From: Bdellovibrionales bacterium
Lineage (GTDB): Bacteria; Bdellovibrionota; Bdellovibrionia; Bdellovibrionales; UBA1609
DNA length: 64,000 bases
NCBI GenBank assembly: GCA_965200875.1
Contig: OZ241456.1
Coordinates: 1,376,001 to 1,440,000, forward strand
Direction of reading: 5' to 3'
Part shown: positions 1 through 9,643 of the stretch, piece by piece
How positions within the stretch are numbered: position 1 is the first letter of the stretch
Layout: every line of letters begins with the position of its first letter
Position numbers and translations under genes: made by a program
Notes under the pieces: generated by a model
The model's database searches: none
What the model was told of the DNA's origin: nothing
The model's input: only the letters and a program-made list of their open reading frames with translations

Positions 1-43
1 AAATTGATAAAAAGCTGGCGTGAGTCGATGGAGCGTGAAAACA

Positions 44-721
44 ATGAAATTTTTAATTTTAGCTTTATCCATAAGCGGATTTGTTTTTTTTGGAGAAGTA
101 AAAGAGCAAGAAAAAAAGCCTCTTTATTTTGCACCCCCTAATGTTCTGCAATATTTTTCATTGGGTTACCGGGATTTTATGGCAAATCTTCTATGGCTGA
201 GATTTATACAGGATGCGGATTTTTGTTCTTTTGAAAAAGGGAAGCCAATTTATACAGGAAATAAAAAACATTGTGAACTAGGTTGGTCCTATAATATGGT
301 AGATGCCATTACGGAGCTGGCTCCCCGGTTCAAAACTCCTTATACGCTTTCCAGCGTCATACTCAGTGTTTTTACAGGGGATAAAAAAGGAGCAGAGAAA
401 ATTTTGCTAAAAGGCTTAAAATATTTCCCAGATGATTGGCGCATCAATTTTTATTCAGCTTATTTCTATGCTGTGGAGATGAAGAAACCCAACCGGGCGG
501 CTCGTTACGCATACCAATCTGCCAAAAACGGAGGGCCTTATTGGCTTTACAGTCTGGCGGCCAAGCAACATGGAGAAACAGGAACAGAAGAGCATTTTCA
601 GCTGGGTGAGCAAATACTGACAGATCTGTTAAATAAAGATCTAACAGATGAGCAAAAAAAACATGTTGAAAAACATTTGAAAAATTTTCGGAAAGAATAT
701 ATGGAACAACCTGTCAAATAA
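44..721 (+). CDS. Membrane-anchored TPR-like hypothetical protein
   Basis: N-terminal hydrophobic segment; helical TPR-like stretch (AEKILLKGLKYFPDDWRINF). ATG at 44 preferred over GTG at 20. Confidence 0.6.
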   Translation: MKFLILALSISGFVFFGEVKEQEKKPLYFAPPNVLQYFSLGYRDFMANLLWLRFIQDADFCSFEKGKPIYTGNKKHCELGWSYNMVDAITELAPRFKTPYTLSSVILSVFTGDKKGAEKILLKGLKYFPDDWRINFYSAYFYAVEMKKPNRAARYAYQSAKNGGPYWLYSLAAKQHGETGTEEHFQLGEQILTDLLNKDLTDEQKKHVEKHLKNFRKEYMEQPVK

Positions 722-824
722 AGAGTAAACACCTAGTTTTTGAATTTTTTGAGATAAATAAACTAACTTTTGTAGTGGTTACTGCACTTTTTCAGAAAAA
801 AAATCAATTATTTTTTTGCATTTT

Positions 825-852
825 CTTGACCTTTTTTTATTTATCCACATGT
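825..852 (+). promoter_or_regulatory. Putative sigma-32 (RpoH)-like promoter of dnaJ
   Basis: CTTGAC-N14-CCACATGT, resembling CTTGAA-N13/15-CCCCATNT; same geometry upstream of dnaK. Confidence 0.45.
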
Positions 853-947
853 TTTTCCTGTATTATGCGATTTTAGACCAATTCGGCCTTAAAATTGTTG
901 GATACCAAAATAATGTCTATTCTTAGTGGAGTACAGGTTGGAATTAT

Positions 948-2051
948 ATGGCGAAGGATTATTACGATATATTGTCTGTACCTCGTGATTGTGCTCAAGA
1001 AGATATTAAAAAAGCTTTTCGAAAGCTGGCTTTGAAGTATCATCCTGATCGGAATCAAGGAGATAAAACTGCGGAAAAAAAATTCAAAGAAGTTGCGTCT
1101 GCTTATGAAATATTGGGAGATCCAAAAAAACGAGCTAAATATGATCAATTTGGTCATGCCGGTGTAAACTCTCGTTTTGGACAAACAGGGTTTCACGATA
1201 TTCAGGATATTTTTTCCTCTTTCAGAGACATTTTTGAAGGAGGGGATCTTTTTGGAAGAAATTTCAGCTCTCTTTTTGGAGATCAAGGGTTTTCCCCTAC
1301 AGGAGGTATGAGAAACGCTATCAGAGGTGCTGATTTGCGCTACAATATGGAGATATCTCTTAAGGAAGTGTTAAATGGAGTGGATAAGACAATTGGCTAT
1401 GAAGTGGAAAAAAATTGCGACACCTGTAAAGGTTCTGGAACAAGTCCAGGAACAAAGAGGAAAAACTGTTCGGAATGCAATGGATCAGGGAGATTAACAC
1501 GCAGACAAGGTTTTTTTGCTTTTTCCTCTACTTGTCCAACCTGCCAAGGGGTAGGTTCCGTGATTGATTCACCTTGTGGAGTTTGTTTTGGAAAGGGACG
1601 AAAAAAGCAAAAGGCTAAAGTGGAAGTGCGCATTCCGGCAGGAGTGAATACAGGAACTCATTTGAGATTAAGTCAAAAAGGAGAGTCGGGACATTATGGA
1701 GGTCAACCAGGAGACTTATATGTTCAAATTATTGTTAAAAAGGATTCAAAATTACAGCGCAAAGGTTCTGACTTAATTGGCACAGTTGTCATATCCTATC
1801 TTCAGGCACTTTTAGGAACTAAAATGGAGGTTTATTCACTAGAAGGAAAAAAAGAAATTGTGGTGCCAAAGGGTGCTCAGTACGGTGATTTTATCACTTT
1901 GAAAGGGGAAGGGTTACCAGAATTGAATCGTAAAAAAAGAGGGAATTTATTGTATCAGGTGCAGGTAAAAATACCCCACAAATTGAAGAAAAGAGAAGAG
2001 GAAAGCTTAAGAGAGATCGCCAGAGTAAAAGGAGAATGTGTTTTGGATTAG
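948..2051 (+). CDS. dnaJ: Chaperone DnaJ
   Basis: J domain with HPD, G/F-rich region, four CxxCxGxG zinc motifs. Confidence 0.98.
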   Translation: MAKDYYDILSVPRDCAQEDIKKAFRKLALKYHPDRNQGDKTAEKKFKEVASAYEILGDPKKRAKYDQFGHAGVNSRFGQTGFHDIQDIFSSFRDIFEGGDLFGRNFSSLFGDQGFSPTGGMRNAIRGADLRYNMEISLKEVLNGVDKTIGYEVEKNCDTCKGSGTSPGTKRKNCSECNGSGRLTRRQGFFAFSSTCPTCQGVGSVIDSPCGVCFGKGRKKQKAKVEVRIPAGVNTGTHLRLSQKGESGHYGGQPGDLYVQIIVKKDSKLQRKGSDLIGTVVISYLQALLGTKMEVYSLEGKKEIVVPKGAQYGDFITLKGEGLPELNRKKRGNLLYQVQVKIPHKLKKREEESLREIARVKGECVLD

Positions 2052-2054
2052 TAT

Positions 2055-2082
2055 CTTGACTACTGCGCTTTTACCTTCATAT
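2055..2082 (+). promoter_or_regulatory. Putative sigma-32 (RpoH)-like promoter of dnaK
   Basis: CTTGAC-N14-CTTCATAT. Confidence 0.45.
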
Positions 2083-2193
2083 TAAGAGAAAGAGAACAAG
2101 GTTTTGAATGACAGTCTAATGAGACGCAAACTGCGAAAGGCAAATAAAATATAACAAATAATAACAACTAACAAAATAAACAGGAGTATAATT

Positions 2194-4107
2194 ATGGAAA
2201 AAATTGTCGGTATTGACTTGGGCACAACTAACTCTGTTGTCGCTGTTATTGAAGGCGGTAAGCCTAAAGTGATAGCCAACTCAGAAGGGAATCGTGTAAC
2301 CCCTTCCATTATTGGCTGGAATAAAAATGGAGAGAGACTGGTGGGACAGCTGGCCAAAAGACAAGCTGTTATTCACCCGGAATCCACTATATTTTCCTCC
2401 AAGAGATTTATCGGGAAAAAATTTGATGATATGCAGGAAGAGATCAAAAAAGTGCCTTACAAAGTGGTAAAAACAAAAACCGGAGACTGTGGCTTTAAAA
2501 TTAACAATAAAATTTATACTTGTGAAGAGGCCGGAAGTTTTATTCTGGCCAAGTTAAAGGAAGAGGCAGAAGAATATCTGGGACAAAAAGTGAAATCGGC
2601 CGTTATTACTGTACCGGCGTACTTTAACAGTACACAGAGACAAGCCACAAAGGATGCAGGTAGAATTGCCGGGCTTGAAGTAAAACGAGTCATTAACGAA
2701 CCAACTGCCGCGGCTTTGTTTTACGGGATGGATAAAAGGGTAAATCAAAAAATAGCTGTATATGACTTCGGTGGTGGCACTCTTGATATTTCCATTTTGG
2801 AAGTTTCGGAAAATTTAATTGAAGTAAAGTCCACTAATGGAGACACTTTCCTAGGAGGTGATGATTTTGACATAAGACTGATGAATTGGATGATTGAGGA
2901 ATTTAAAAAATCTTCAGGTATAGATTTATCCAAAGATAAAATAGCTTTACAGCGTCTGAGAGAACACGCTGAAAAAGCAAAAATTGAATTAAGCTCTGTA
3001 CAGGAAACACATATTAACCTGCCTTTTATTACAGCAGACGCTGAAGGACCGAAGCACATGGACATGAAGTTGAACAGAGCCAAATTCGATCAACTCACTG
3101 AGGATTTAGTAAAGCGCTCCATAGAACCGTGCAAATCTGCTATGGCGGATGGCAACTTTAATTTAAGTGATATTGATGAAGTGATTTTAGTAGGTGGCAC
3201 AACTCGTATTCCTGCTGTTCAGCAAGCTGTAAAAGATTTTTTCAACAAGGAGCTGAATAAGTCTGTTAACCCGGATGAAGTAGTGGCTCTAGGGGCGACT
3301 GTTCAAGCAGGAATTTTTATGGAAGAGGTAAAAGATATTTTACTTTTAGATGTCACTCCTTTGTCTTTGGGCATTGAAACTCTTGGTGGAGTGATGACTC
3401 GCCTTATTGAAAGAAATACAACAGTTCCTACTGAAAAATCAGAAGTATTTTCCACGGCAGAGGATAATCAACCGGGTGTCAATATTCGTGTATTTCAAGG
3501 GGAAAGAAAGATGGCAAATGATAACAAACTTCTTGGAGAGTTTGAGCTGATTGATATTCCTCCTGCACCTCGCGGTGTACCTAAGATTGAAGTGACTTTT
3601 AAAATAGATGTGGATGGCACAATGAATGTGTCTGCTAAAAATAAAGGCACTGGTAAAGAACAATCCATTAAAATTGATAAACCAGGTTTAACAGAGGATG
3701 AAATTAAAAAAATGGTGGATTCAGCTGAGCAACATGCAGAAGCAGACAAAGAAAAGAAAGAAAACATCAGCCTAAAAAACAAGTTAGATGGCATTATTTA
3801 TCGGGTGGAAAAACTGATATCTGAAAACAAAGGAAAATTACCCAAAGATTTGGAGGAGGAAGCGAAAAATGCTGTCTCTAACAGTAAAAGTTGTCTGAAT
3901 AAAGAAGAGGCTACAAAGGAAGATTTTCAGAACTCGTATAACGACATGAATAAAATCCTTGGAAAGCTGGGATCAGCTGTGTACTCTGCTTCTAAAAGTT
4001 CAGCAGATTCCTCCAAGGAAGGATTTGACAAAGATGCGGAAAAAGGTAGCAAAAAAAAGGGGAAAGACGATGATGTGATTGATGTGGGTTTTAAGGATGT
4101 AAAATAA
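2194..4107 (+). CDS. dnaK: Chaperone DnaK (Hsp70)
   Basis: [29 protein letters not shown] and [11 protein letters not shown] motifs. Confidence 0.99.
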   Translation: MEKIVGIDLGTTNSVVAVIEGGKPKVIANSEGNRVTPSIIGWNKNGERLVGQLAKRQAVIHPESTIFSSKRFIGKKFDDMQEEIKKVPYKVVKTKTGDCGFKINNKIYTCEEAGSFILAKLKEEAEEYLGQKVKSAVITVPAYFNSTQRQATKDAGRIAGLEVKRVINEPTAAALFYGMDKRVNQKIAVYDFGGGTLDISILEVSENLIEVKSTNGDTFLGGDDFDIRLMNWMIEEFKKSSGIDLSKDKIALQRLREHAEKAKIELSSVQETHINLPFITADAEGPKHMDMKLNRAKFDQLTEDLVKRSIEPCKSAMADGNFNLSDIDEVILVGGTTRIPAVQQAVKDFFNKELNKSVNPDEVVALGATVQAGIFMEEVKDILLLDVTPLSLGIETLGGVMTRLIERNTTVPTEKSEVFSTAEDNQPGVNIRVFQGERKMANDNKLLGEFELIDIPPAPRGVPKIEVTFKIDVDGTMNVSAKNKGTGKEQSIKIDKPGLTEDEIKKMVDSAEQHAEADKEKKENISLKNKLDGIIYRVEKLISENKGKLPKDLEEEAKNAVSNSKSCLNKEEATKEDFQNSYNDMNKILGKLGSAVYSASKSSADSSKEGFDKDAEKGSKKKGKDDDVIDVGFKDVK

Positions 4108-4393
4108 GAAGCCCCCGTGATAACGGTTGTATCTTTTATGTATAAGTTTTTATTATACTATTTAAACATTGTATTGTTTTTTGTTATACCAGTTTCCCGG
4201 AAAAAAAAATATATTTCCACAGAATCGGCAGGTATTTTCCGTATAAAGAAAAAAGGGTTTTAATATAAGTTATTGAAATAATTATATTTATATATTATAA
4301 CAAATTTAATACAACTGAACAGATTTAATACAGCAAAGTTCCTTTAAAAAACTGATTGTTACTCACAAAATTTTGTAAAAAAATTGGTAGGTA

Positions 4394-5104
4394 ATGTTGA
4401 CATTATTTATTAATTCATTCACCCTTTTAAGGACAGTGAAAAAATTATTGCTTTTGCCTTTTTACTTGAACATTTTAGTTGCTTATTCAGTTTCTTCTTA
4501 TGCCTTTGATTCGTCTCAGGGTCTACAAACCAAGATAAATAGTTCTGTCTCTGATTTGCCGAAAAATTTTGAATCTATCGCAAATTTTCCCGATTTACAA
4601 AAAAACTTTGTATTTGTGTTAAGTGCTTGGGTAATAGATATTTATACATGGTCTGAGCAAGACAAAAGATATAGCCTCCAAAGCAGTCAGTTTAATTTTA
4701 AAGTGGAGCTTGAAGATCAAAAAACCAAAGAACTCAAATTGGTGGATTCAGGTAATATCATAGACAAGCCAAACCAAGATACACGTTATTTGTATGTACG
4801 AACTTCCAATATGGTGCATTTTATATCTGCTGTTACTGGAACAAAAAAAACATTAAAAGCCAGTCTTTCTGATAATAAGGAAAATCTTAAGATTTATCTG
4901 CCGGAAAAAGACAAAAGCGATATTTTATCTGGTATGATTTCAGCAGTAGGAATGGATTTTTCCATATATCAAAATCAAAATAAGTTTTCTGATTATAATT
5001 GCCATATAGAAAATAAAGAACTTGTATGTATAATTGATTATGTTCTGAGAAATCAAGGAAATCATGAAACAGGAATCCACCCCCAGTCAAAAATTGGAAT
5101 TTGA
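4394..5104 (+). CDS. Hypothetical exported protein
   Basis: 236-aa ORF with a signal-like N-terminus; no recognised domain. Confidence 0.55.
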   Translation: MLTLFINSFTLLRTVKKLLLLPFYLNILVAYSVSSYAFDSSQGLQTKINSSVSDLPKNFESIANFPDLQKNFVFVLSAWVIDIYTWSEQDKRYSLQSSQFNFKVELEDQKTKELKLVDSGNIIDKPNQDTRYLYVRTSNMVHFISAVTGTKKTLKASLSDNKENLKIYLPEKDKSDILSGMISAVGMDFSIYQNQNKFSDYNCHIENKELVCIIDYVLRNQGNHETGIHPQSKIGI

Positions 5105-5762
5105 AGTTTTCGCCAGAAAATCAGGCAAAACTTTTTCCCGACAACTGAGAAAAGAACATAAAATACCAGCCATTGTATATGGCCCTAGCCAAAAAACCAT
5201 GAATTTGGCTTTGGATATTCGATCTGTGGAGAAATACTCAAAAAAAGAATATGAAAACAAAATATTCACTTTTAAGTCAGAAGAAAGCCATTTAAATGGT
5301 CTGAAAGTGCTGAAAAAAGACATAAGTTGCCATAAGCTGACACGAAAACCCATTCATATTGATTTTCTCTCTTTGGATATGAATAAAAAAGTACGTGTTC
5401 ATGTGGATGTGCACTTTACTGGCAAGGCAAAAGGTGTCAAAGAATCCGGTGGAGTTTTTAATATTATTCGCAGAAATGTGGAAGTGGAATGTATGCCAGC
5501 GGAAATACCAGAAGCCTTCTCCATTGATATAGGTCCTTTGGATATTGATCAAAATTTTCATGTCTCTGATTTGCAAATACCGAAAAACATTAAACTGATT
5601 ACCAGTCTAAAATCCTCCCTATGCGGAGTCAGCGAAATTACGGAAGAAGAGGAAAAAGCCAAAACTGAAGAAGGAGCAGATACAACAACCAAAACAGCCA
5701 CTGCTGAGGTGGCAACCTCCAAATCTGAAGATAAAAAAGAAGTCAGCTCAACGAAAAAATGA
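5064..5762 (+). CDS. rplY: 50S ribosomal protein L25 / Ctc
   Basis: RQLRKEHKIPAIVYG and HIDF motifs, Ctc C-terminal domain; lies before pth. Confidence 0.96.
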   Translation: MKQESTPSQKLEFEVFARKSGKTFSRQLRKEHKIPAIVYGPSQKTMNLALDIRSVEKYSKKEYENKIFTFKSEESHLNGLKVLKKDISCHKLTRKPIHIDFLSLDMNKKVRVHVDVHFTGKAKGVKESGGVFNIIRRNVEVECMPAEIPEAFSIDIGPLDIDQNFHVSDLQIPKNIKLITSLKSSLCGVSEITEEEEKAKTEEGADTTTKTATAEVATSKSEDKKEVSSTKK

Positions 5763-6367
5763 AACTGATTACAGGTCTTGGGAATCCGGGAGAAAAATAT
5801 CTTTTAACCCCACATAATATTGGTTGGATCGTAATAGATGCGTTTGCCCATTATCTGAATATTTCATGGTCATCAAAGAAAAAATTATCCGCACAAATAA
5901 CAGAGAGTCAAAAAGTTTTATTAGCCAAACCTGTAACATACATGAATCTTTCAGGAACAGCTGTAAAAAGCCTGATGAATTATTACCATATCCCCTTGGA
6001 AAATCTTTTGGTCATACATGATGATATTGATTTGCCTTTTTTGAGTTTACGCTTTCAAAAAAATCGCGGACCAGCCGGACATAACGGGTTGAAAAACATT
6101 AACCACGAACTAGGTAGTCAAAACTATACCCGGCTGAGAATAGGTATGAGAGCCTTGGAACCACCACACACAACACCATCAGATGAACCAGCACCAGTAA
6201 TGCCCCCCTCGACGACGACCCCATTTCCTGTAAAAAGACAAGTCCTAAAACCTTTTACGAAAACAGAACAGGAGTTATTGTCCAACTTTTTAAACAAAGC
6301 TATTTCAGCTCTGGAATATTTTATCAAAGAAGGGTTGGACAAAACAGCCAATCTTTATAATAAGTAA
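5759..6367 (+). CDS. pth: Peptidyl-tRNA hydrolase
   Basis: GLGNPG, HNIG, KPxTYMNLSG, HDDID and GHNGL motifs. Confidence 0.97.
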   Translation: MKLITGLGNPGEKYLLTPHNIGWIVIDAFAHYLNISWSSKKKLSAQITESQKVLLAKPVTYMNLSGTAVKSLMNYYHIPLENLLVIHDDIDLPFLSLRFQKNRGPAGHNGLKNINHELGSQNYTRLRIGMRALEPPHTTPSDEPAPVMPPSTTTPFPVKRQVLKPFTKTEQELLSNFLNKAISALEYFIKEGLDKTANLYNK

Positions 6368-6438
6368 TAAAACAAATTATTCTTGGACTCAAAATTTTGG
6401 TTTCCTAGAATAAGTTTCAAAACAGGCATATAAAAAAA

Positions 6439-7626
6439 ATGAAATGTGGTATTATAGGACTCCCTAATGTGGGAAAAAGCTCTTTATTCAACTGTCTCAC
6501 CTCTCTTAAAGCGCCGGCGGAAAACTATCCTTTTTGCACGGTGGATCCAAATATTGGCCGTGTTAATGTTCCAGAGCCAAGGCTGGATGAGTTGGCGCGG
6601 ATTTTTAAACCCAAAAAAGTTACACCTGCCACAATGGAGTTCGTGGATATTGCCGGTCTTATACCAGGAGCACATAAAGGAGAGGGATTAGGAAATCGCT
6701 TTCTCAGTCATATAAGAGAAGTGGATGCTTTAGCTCATGTCGTGCGCGCATTCGATAATGAAAATATATCTCATACCCAAAGCAATGTGGATCCCCTAAG
6801 AGATATTCAGCTGATTGAAACAGAGCTACTTTTAGCAGATATAGAGTCTCTTGAGAGAAAAAAAGAAAAACTCGTCAAACTTTCCAAAAGCTCAATCAAC
6901 AAAGGTCTGAAAACAGAATTGTCTTTGACGGAAAAACTGTTATATCTTTTGTCAAAAGAAGAAAAACTTGCAAAGCAATATATACCGGAAGAGGCAGAGA
7001 AAAAATATTTTCAAAATCTTCACCTCTTAACTTCAAAGCCCTGCCTTTATATATGCAACATGGATGAAACAAAATGGGAACAACACCACCAAGAAACATA
7101 CGAGCAAAAACCAACAGACACCCCCATCACCACAAAAAACAAACCTATTAAAAATACAGAAACTAAATCAGAAAATCTTCATATTGGAGTTTTGGAACAA
7201 ATCAAAAATCAATACGGTTCTGAAAAAGTTTTCCCTATTTGCGTTTCTTTGGAAGTCCAAATAGCGGAACTGGATTCAGAAAATGAAAAACAAGAGTTTT
7301 TATCTGCTTTAAATTTAAAAGAACCGGGATTGCACAGGATGATCAGACATTCTTATTATTTATTAAATTTGATCACTTTTTTTACAGCGGGTAAGCAAGA
7401 AACGCGCGCATGGACTGTCTCAAAAGGAAGCACAGCACCTAAAGCTGCAGGTATAATACACAGTGATTTTCAAAAAGGCTTTATCTGCGCAGAAGTATAC
7501 TCTTTTAAAGATATTCAGTCAGCCGGATCAGAAAAAAAATTAAAGACAGAGGGCAAATACAGACAGGAAGGAAGAAAATATATCGTCCAAGATGGAGATG
7601 TTATTTTATTTCGCTTTAATGTGTAA
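6439..7626 (+). CDS. ychF: Redox-regulated ATPase YchF
   Basis: GLPNVGKS, NYPFCT, DIAGL, GEGLGNRFL and C-terminal DGDVILFRFNV. Confidence 0.98.
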   Translation: MKCGIIGLPNVGKSSLFNCLTSLKAPAENYPFCTVDPNIGRVNVPEPRLDELARIFKPKKVTPATMEFVDIAGLIPGAHKGEGLGNRFLSHIREVDALAHVVRAFDNENISHTQSNVDPLRDIQLIETELLLADIESLERKKEKLVKLSKSSINKGLKTELSLTEKLLYLLSKEEKLAKQYIPEEAEKKYFQNLHLLTSKPCLYICNMDETKWEQHHQETYEQKPTDTPITTKNKPIKNTETKSENLHIGVLEQIKNQYGSEKVFPICVSLEVQIAELDSENEKQEFLSALNLKEPGLHRMIRHSYYLLNLITFFTAGKQETRAWTVSKGSTAPKAAGIIHSDFQKGFICAEVYSFKDIQSAGSEKKLKTEGKYRQEGRKYIVQDGDVILFRFNV

Positions 7627-7713
7627 AGCCTTCAGCAATACCCATACTCCAAGGCTTTTTACACAGTTTTTGCCTTTTAGATTATATTATTAACTGTAAT
7701 GGACATTTTATCG

Positions 7714-8109
7714 TTACACTCTACTGGATGGGTTTGAAAAAGCAATTACCTCTATCTCCACATCCACTCCCTTGGGCAATCCACTTACCTCCACACAAGA
7801 CCGAGCGGGAAAAGGTTTTTTAAAGTACTTGCTGTAAATCGCATTCACAGAAGAAAAACACTCCATATTTTTTAAAAAAATACTAGCTTTCACAATATGC
7901 TGGAAGTCCATCTGATGAGCACGCAAAACTTCTTTTATATTTTGCAGGACTCTTTCTGTTTGAGCCGTAATATCTCCTGAAACAATTTCTCCGGTTTCAG
8001 GAATCATAGGAATCTGACCGGAAAGAAATAACCAAGAACCTACAGCTATGGCTTGAGAATACGGACCCAGCGGTTTAGGAGCTGATTTGGAAAATACAGA
8101 TTTTTTCAT
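7714..8109 (-). CDS. ridA: RidA/YjgF family enamine deaminase
   Basis: APKPLGPYSQA, SGQIP and PARSCVEVSGLP motifs. Start taken at MKKSV (8109). Confidence 0.92.
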   Translation of the reverse strand: MKKSVFSKSAPKPLGPYSQAIAVGSWLFLSGQIPMIPETGEIVSGDITAQTERVLQNIKEVLRAHQMDFQHIVKASIFLKNMECFSSVNAIYSKYFKKPFPARSCVEVSGLPKGVDVEIEVIAFSNPSSRV

Positions 8110-8111
8110 AT

Positions 8112-8197
8112 TGTTCCCTTTCTGAATCAAAACCACCGGAAAGAACATTCTGTTTTTTTTACTGTTCCCTTTCTGAATCAAAACCTCTGGAAAGAAA
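8112..8197. repeat. 35-bp direct repeat (two copies, 51-bp period) duplicating the 3' end of pilR
   Basis: tgttccctttctgaatcaaaacc[a/t]c[c/t]ggaaagaa at 8112-8146 and 8163-8197. Confidence 0.9.
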
Positions 8198-9595
8198 ATC
8201 ATCCATCTGATATTTTTGCAAACGATATCTAAAAGCACGAGCGGAAAGTTTTAATAAGTCCGCCGCAGGTTTTTTCAGACCATCTGTTCGCTTAAGAGCT
8301 TGAGTTAAAAGACTTTTTTCTAGGTTTCCAATCACAAACTCCATATCCAGCCCCTGCTCAGGAAGAGAAACTCCAAAAGATTCCTTTTCCAAAGCCTGAT
8401 TGGACTCCTCATTTAAAAAAGGTAAAATATCTTTACTTTCTATTTCCTGTTCCCCGCCCAAAATAACCACTCTTTCCATCAGGTTTTCCAATTCCCGCAC
8501 ATTACCGGGATAAGAATATCCCTTCAACATCTGCATAACCTCATTCGAAACCGTCTTTACCGGACAGTTTAATTTTCTGCTGTATCTGTTTAAAAAATGT
8601 TCCACGAAAAGAGGAATATCCTCTTTTCTCTCTCTTAAGGGTGGGATATGTATGCGTACCACATTTAAACGATAAAAAAGGTCTTCTCTAAAATCATTTG
8701 TCCGCACCATTTTCTCCAAATCACGATTGGTGGCTGAAATAAGACGAACATCCACTTTCTTACTCGTTGTGCCTCCAACCATTCTAATAACTTTTTCCTG
8801 CAAAGCTCTCAGCAATTTAGGCTGAACAGTCAAAGGCAACTCTCCAATTTCATCCAAAAACAAAGTTCCCCCATCCGCCAGTTCAAAAAAACCTTTTTTA
8901 TCCATAACAGCACCAGTAAATGAACCTTTTTTATGCCCAAACATTTCTGATTCAATTAAAGTATCCGGTATAGCACCACAATTAACAGCGATAAAAGGAC
9001 GAGAGGATAGAGCACTGTTTTGATGCACAGATCTGGCAATAACCTCTTTACCTGATCCACTTTCCCCCGTAATTAATATGTTTGAAGTGGAATGGGAAAT
9101 TTTATGAATATCCTCAAAAATTTTTTTCATCGCCGGAGATTGCTTGATAAAAGATAACGAGCTTCTCTCTTGATCCAACTCTTTTTTTAATTGTTGATTT
9201 TCCAATTCCAGATTTTTAAGTTTTAAAGCAGATAAAATAGTCAGCTTTATCTCATCCACATTAAAAGGTTTGGGAATATAATCATACGCCCCCATTTTCA
9301 TGGCTGACACAGCGGTTTCCGATGTATCAAATGCAGTAATAAGAATAAAAACTAAATTAGGTTGAACCGGTTTTATTTTTTTTAACAACTCCAAACCAGA
9401 CATATAAGGCATCTTTAAATCAGAGATCACCATATCAAAGGACTGTTTTTCTATCAATGCCAGAGCTTTTCGACCATCTTCGGCAGACACAACCTCAAAT
9501 GAATAATCACTTTCAGAAGACATTCTTTTAAGCAATATTTGAAAAAACTCACGGATAGACTGTTCATCATCCACTACCAAGATTTTTTTATTCAT
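8159..9595 (-). CDS. pilR: Sigma-54-dependent response regulator, PilR type
   Basis: REC domain, GESGSGKE, GSFTGA (GAFTGA variant), Fis-type HTH; follows pilS-like gene. Confidence 0.85.
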   Translation of the reverse strand: MNKKILVVDDEQSIREFFQILLKRMSSESDYSFEVVSAEDGRKALALIEKQSFDMVISDLKMPYMSGLELLKKIKPVQPNLVFILITAFDTSETAVSAMKMGAYDYIPKPFNVDEIKLTILSALKLKNLELENQQLKKELDQERSSLSFIKQSPAMKKIFEDIHKISHSTSNILITGESGSGKEVIARSVHQNSALSSRPFIAVNCGAIPDTLIESEMFGHKKGSFTGAVMDKKGFFELADGGTLFLDEIGELPLTVQPKLLRALQEKVIRMVGGTTSKKVDVRLISATNRDLEKMVRTNDFREDLFYRLNVVRIHIPPLRERKEDIPLFVEHFLNRYSRKLNCPVKTVSNEVMQMLKGYSYPGNVRELENLMERVVILGGEQEIESKDILPFLNEESNQALEKESFGVSLPEQGLDMEFVIGNLEKSLLTQALKRTDGLKKPAADLLKLSARAFRYRLQKYQMDDFLSRGFDSEREQ

Positions 9596-9643
9596 AAAAC
9601 TCCGCCAAATATTTTTCTAATTTATACATAATTCAATAAAAAA

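Noticed and set aside
841..849. Perfect DnaA box TTATCCACA upstream of dnaJ
   Set aside because: Single box with no cluster and no dnaA/dnaN context; other copies fall inside genes. Not oriC.
2105..2150. GACGCAAA and GAAA motifs before dnaK suggesting a c-di-GMP-I riboswitch
   Set aside because: Motif order and pairing do not fit the aptamer.
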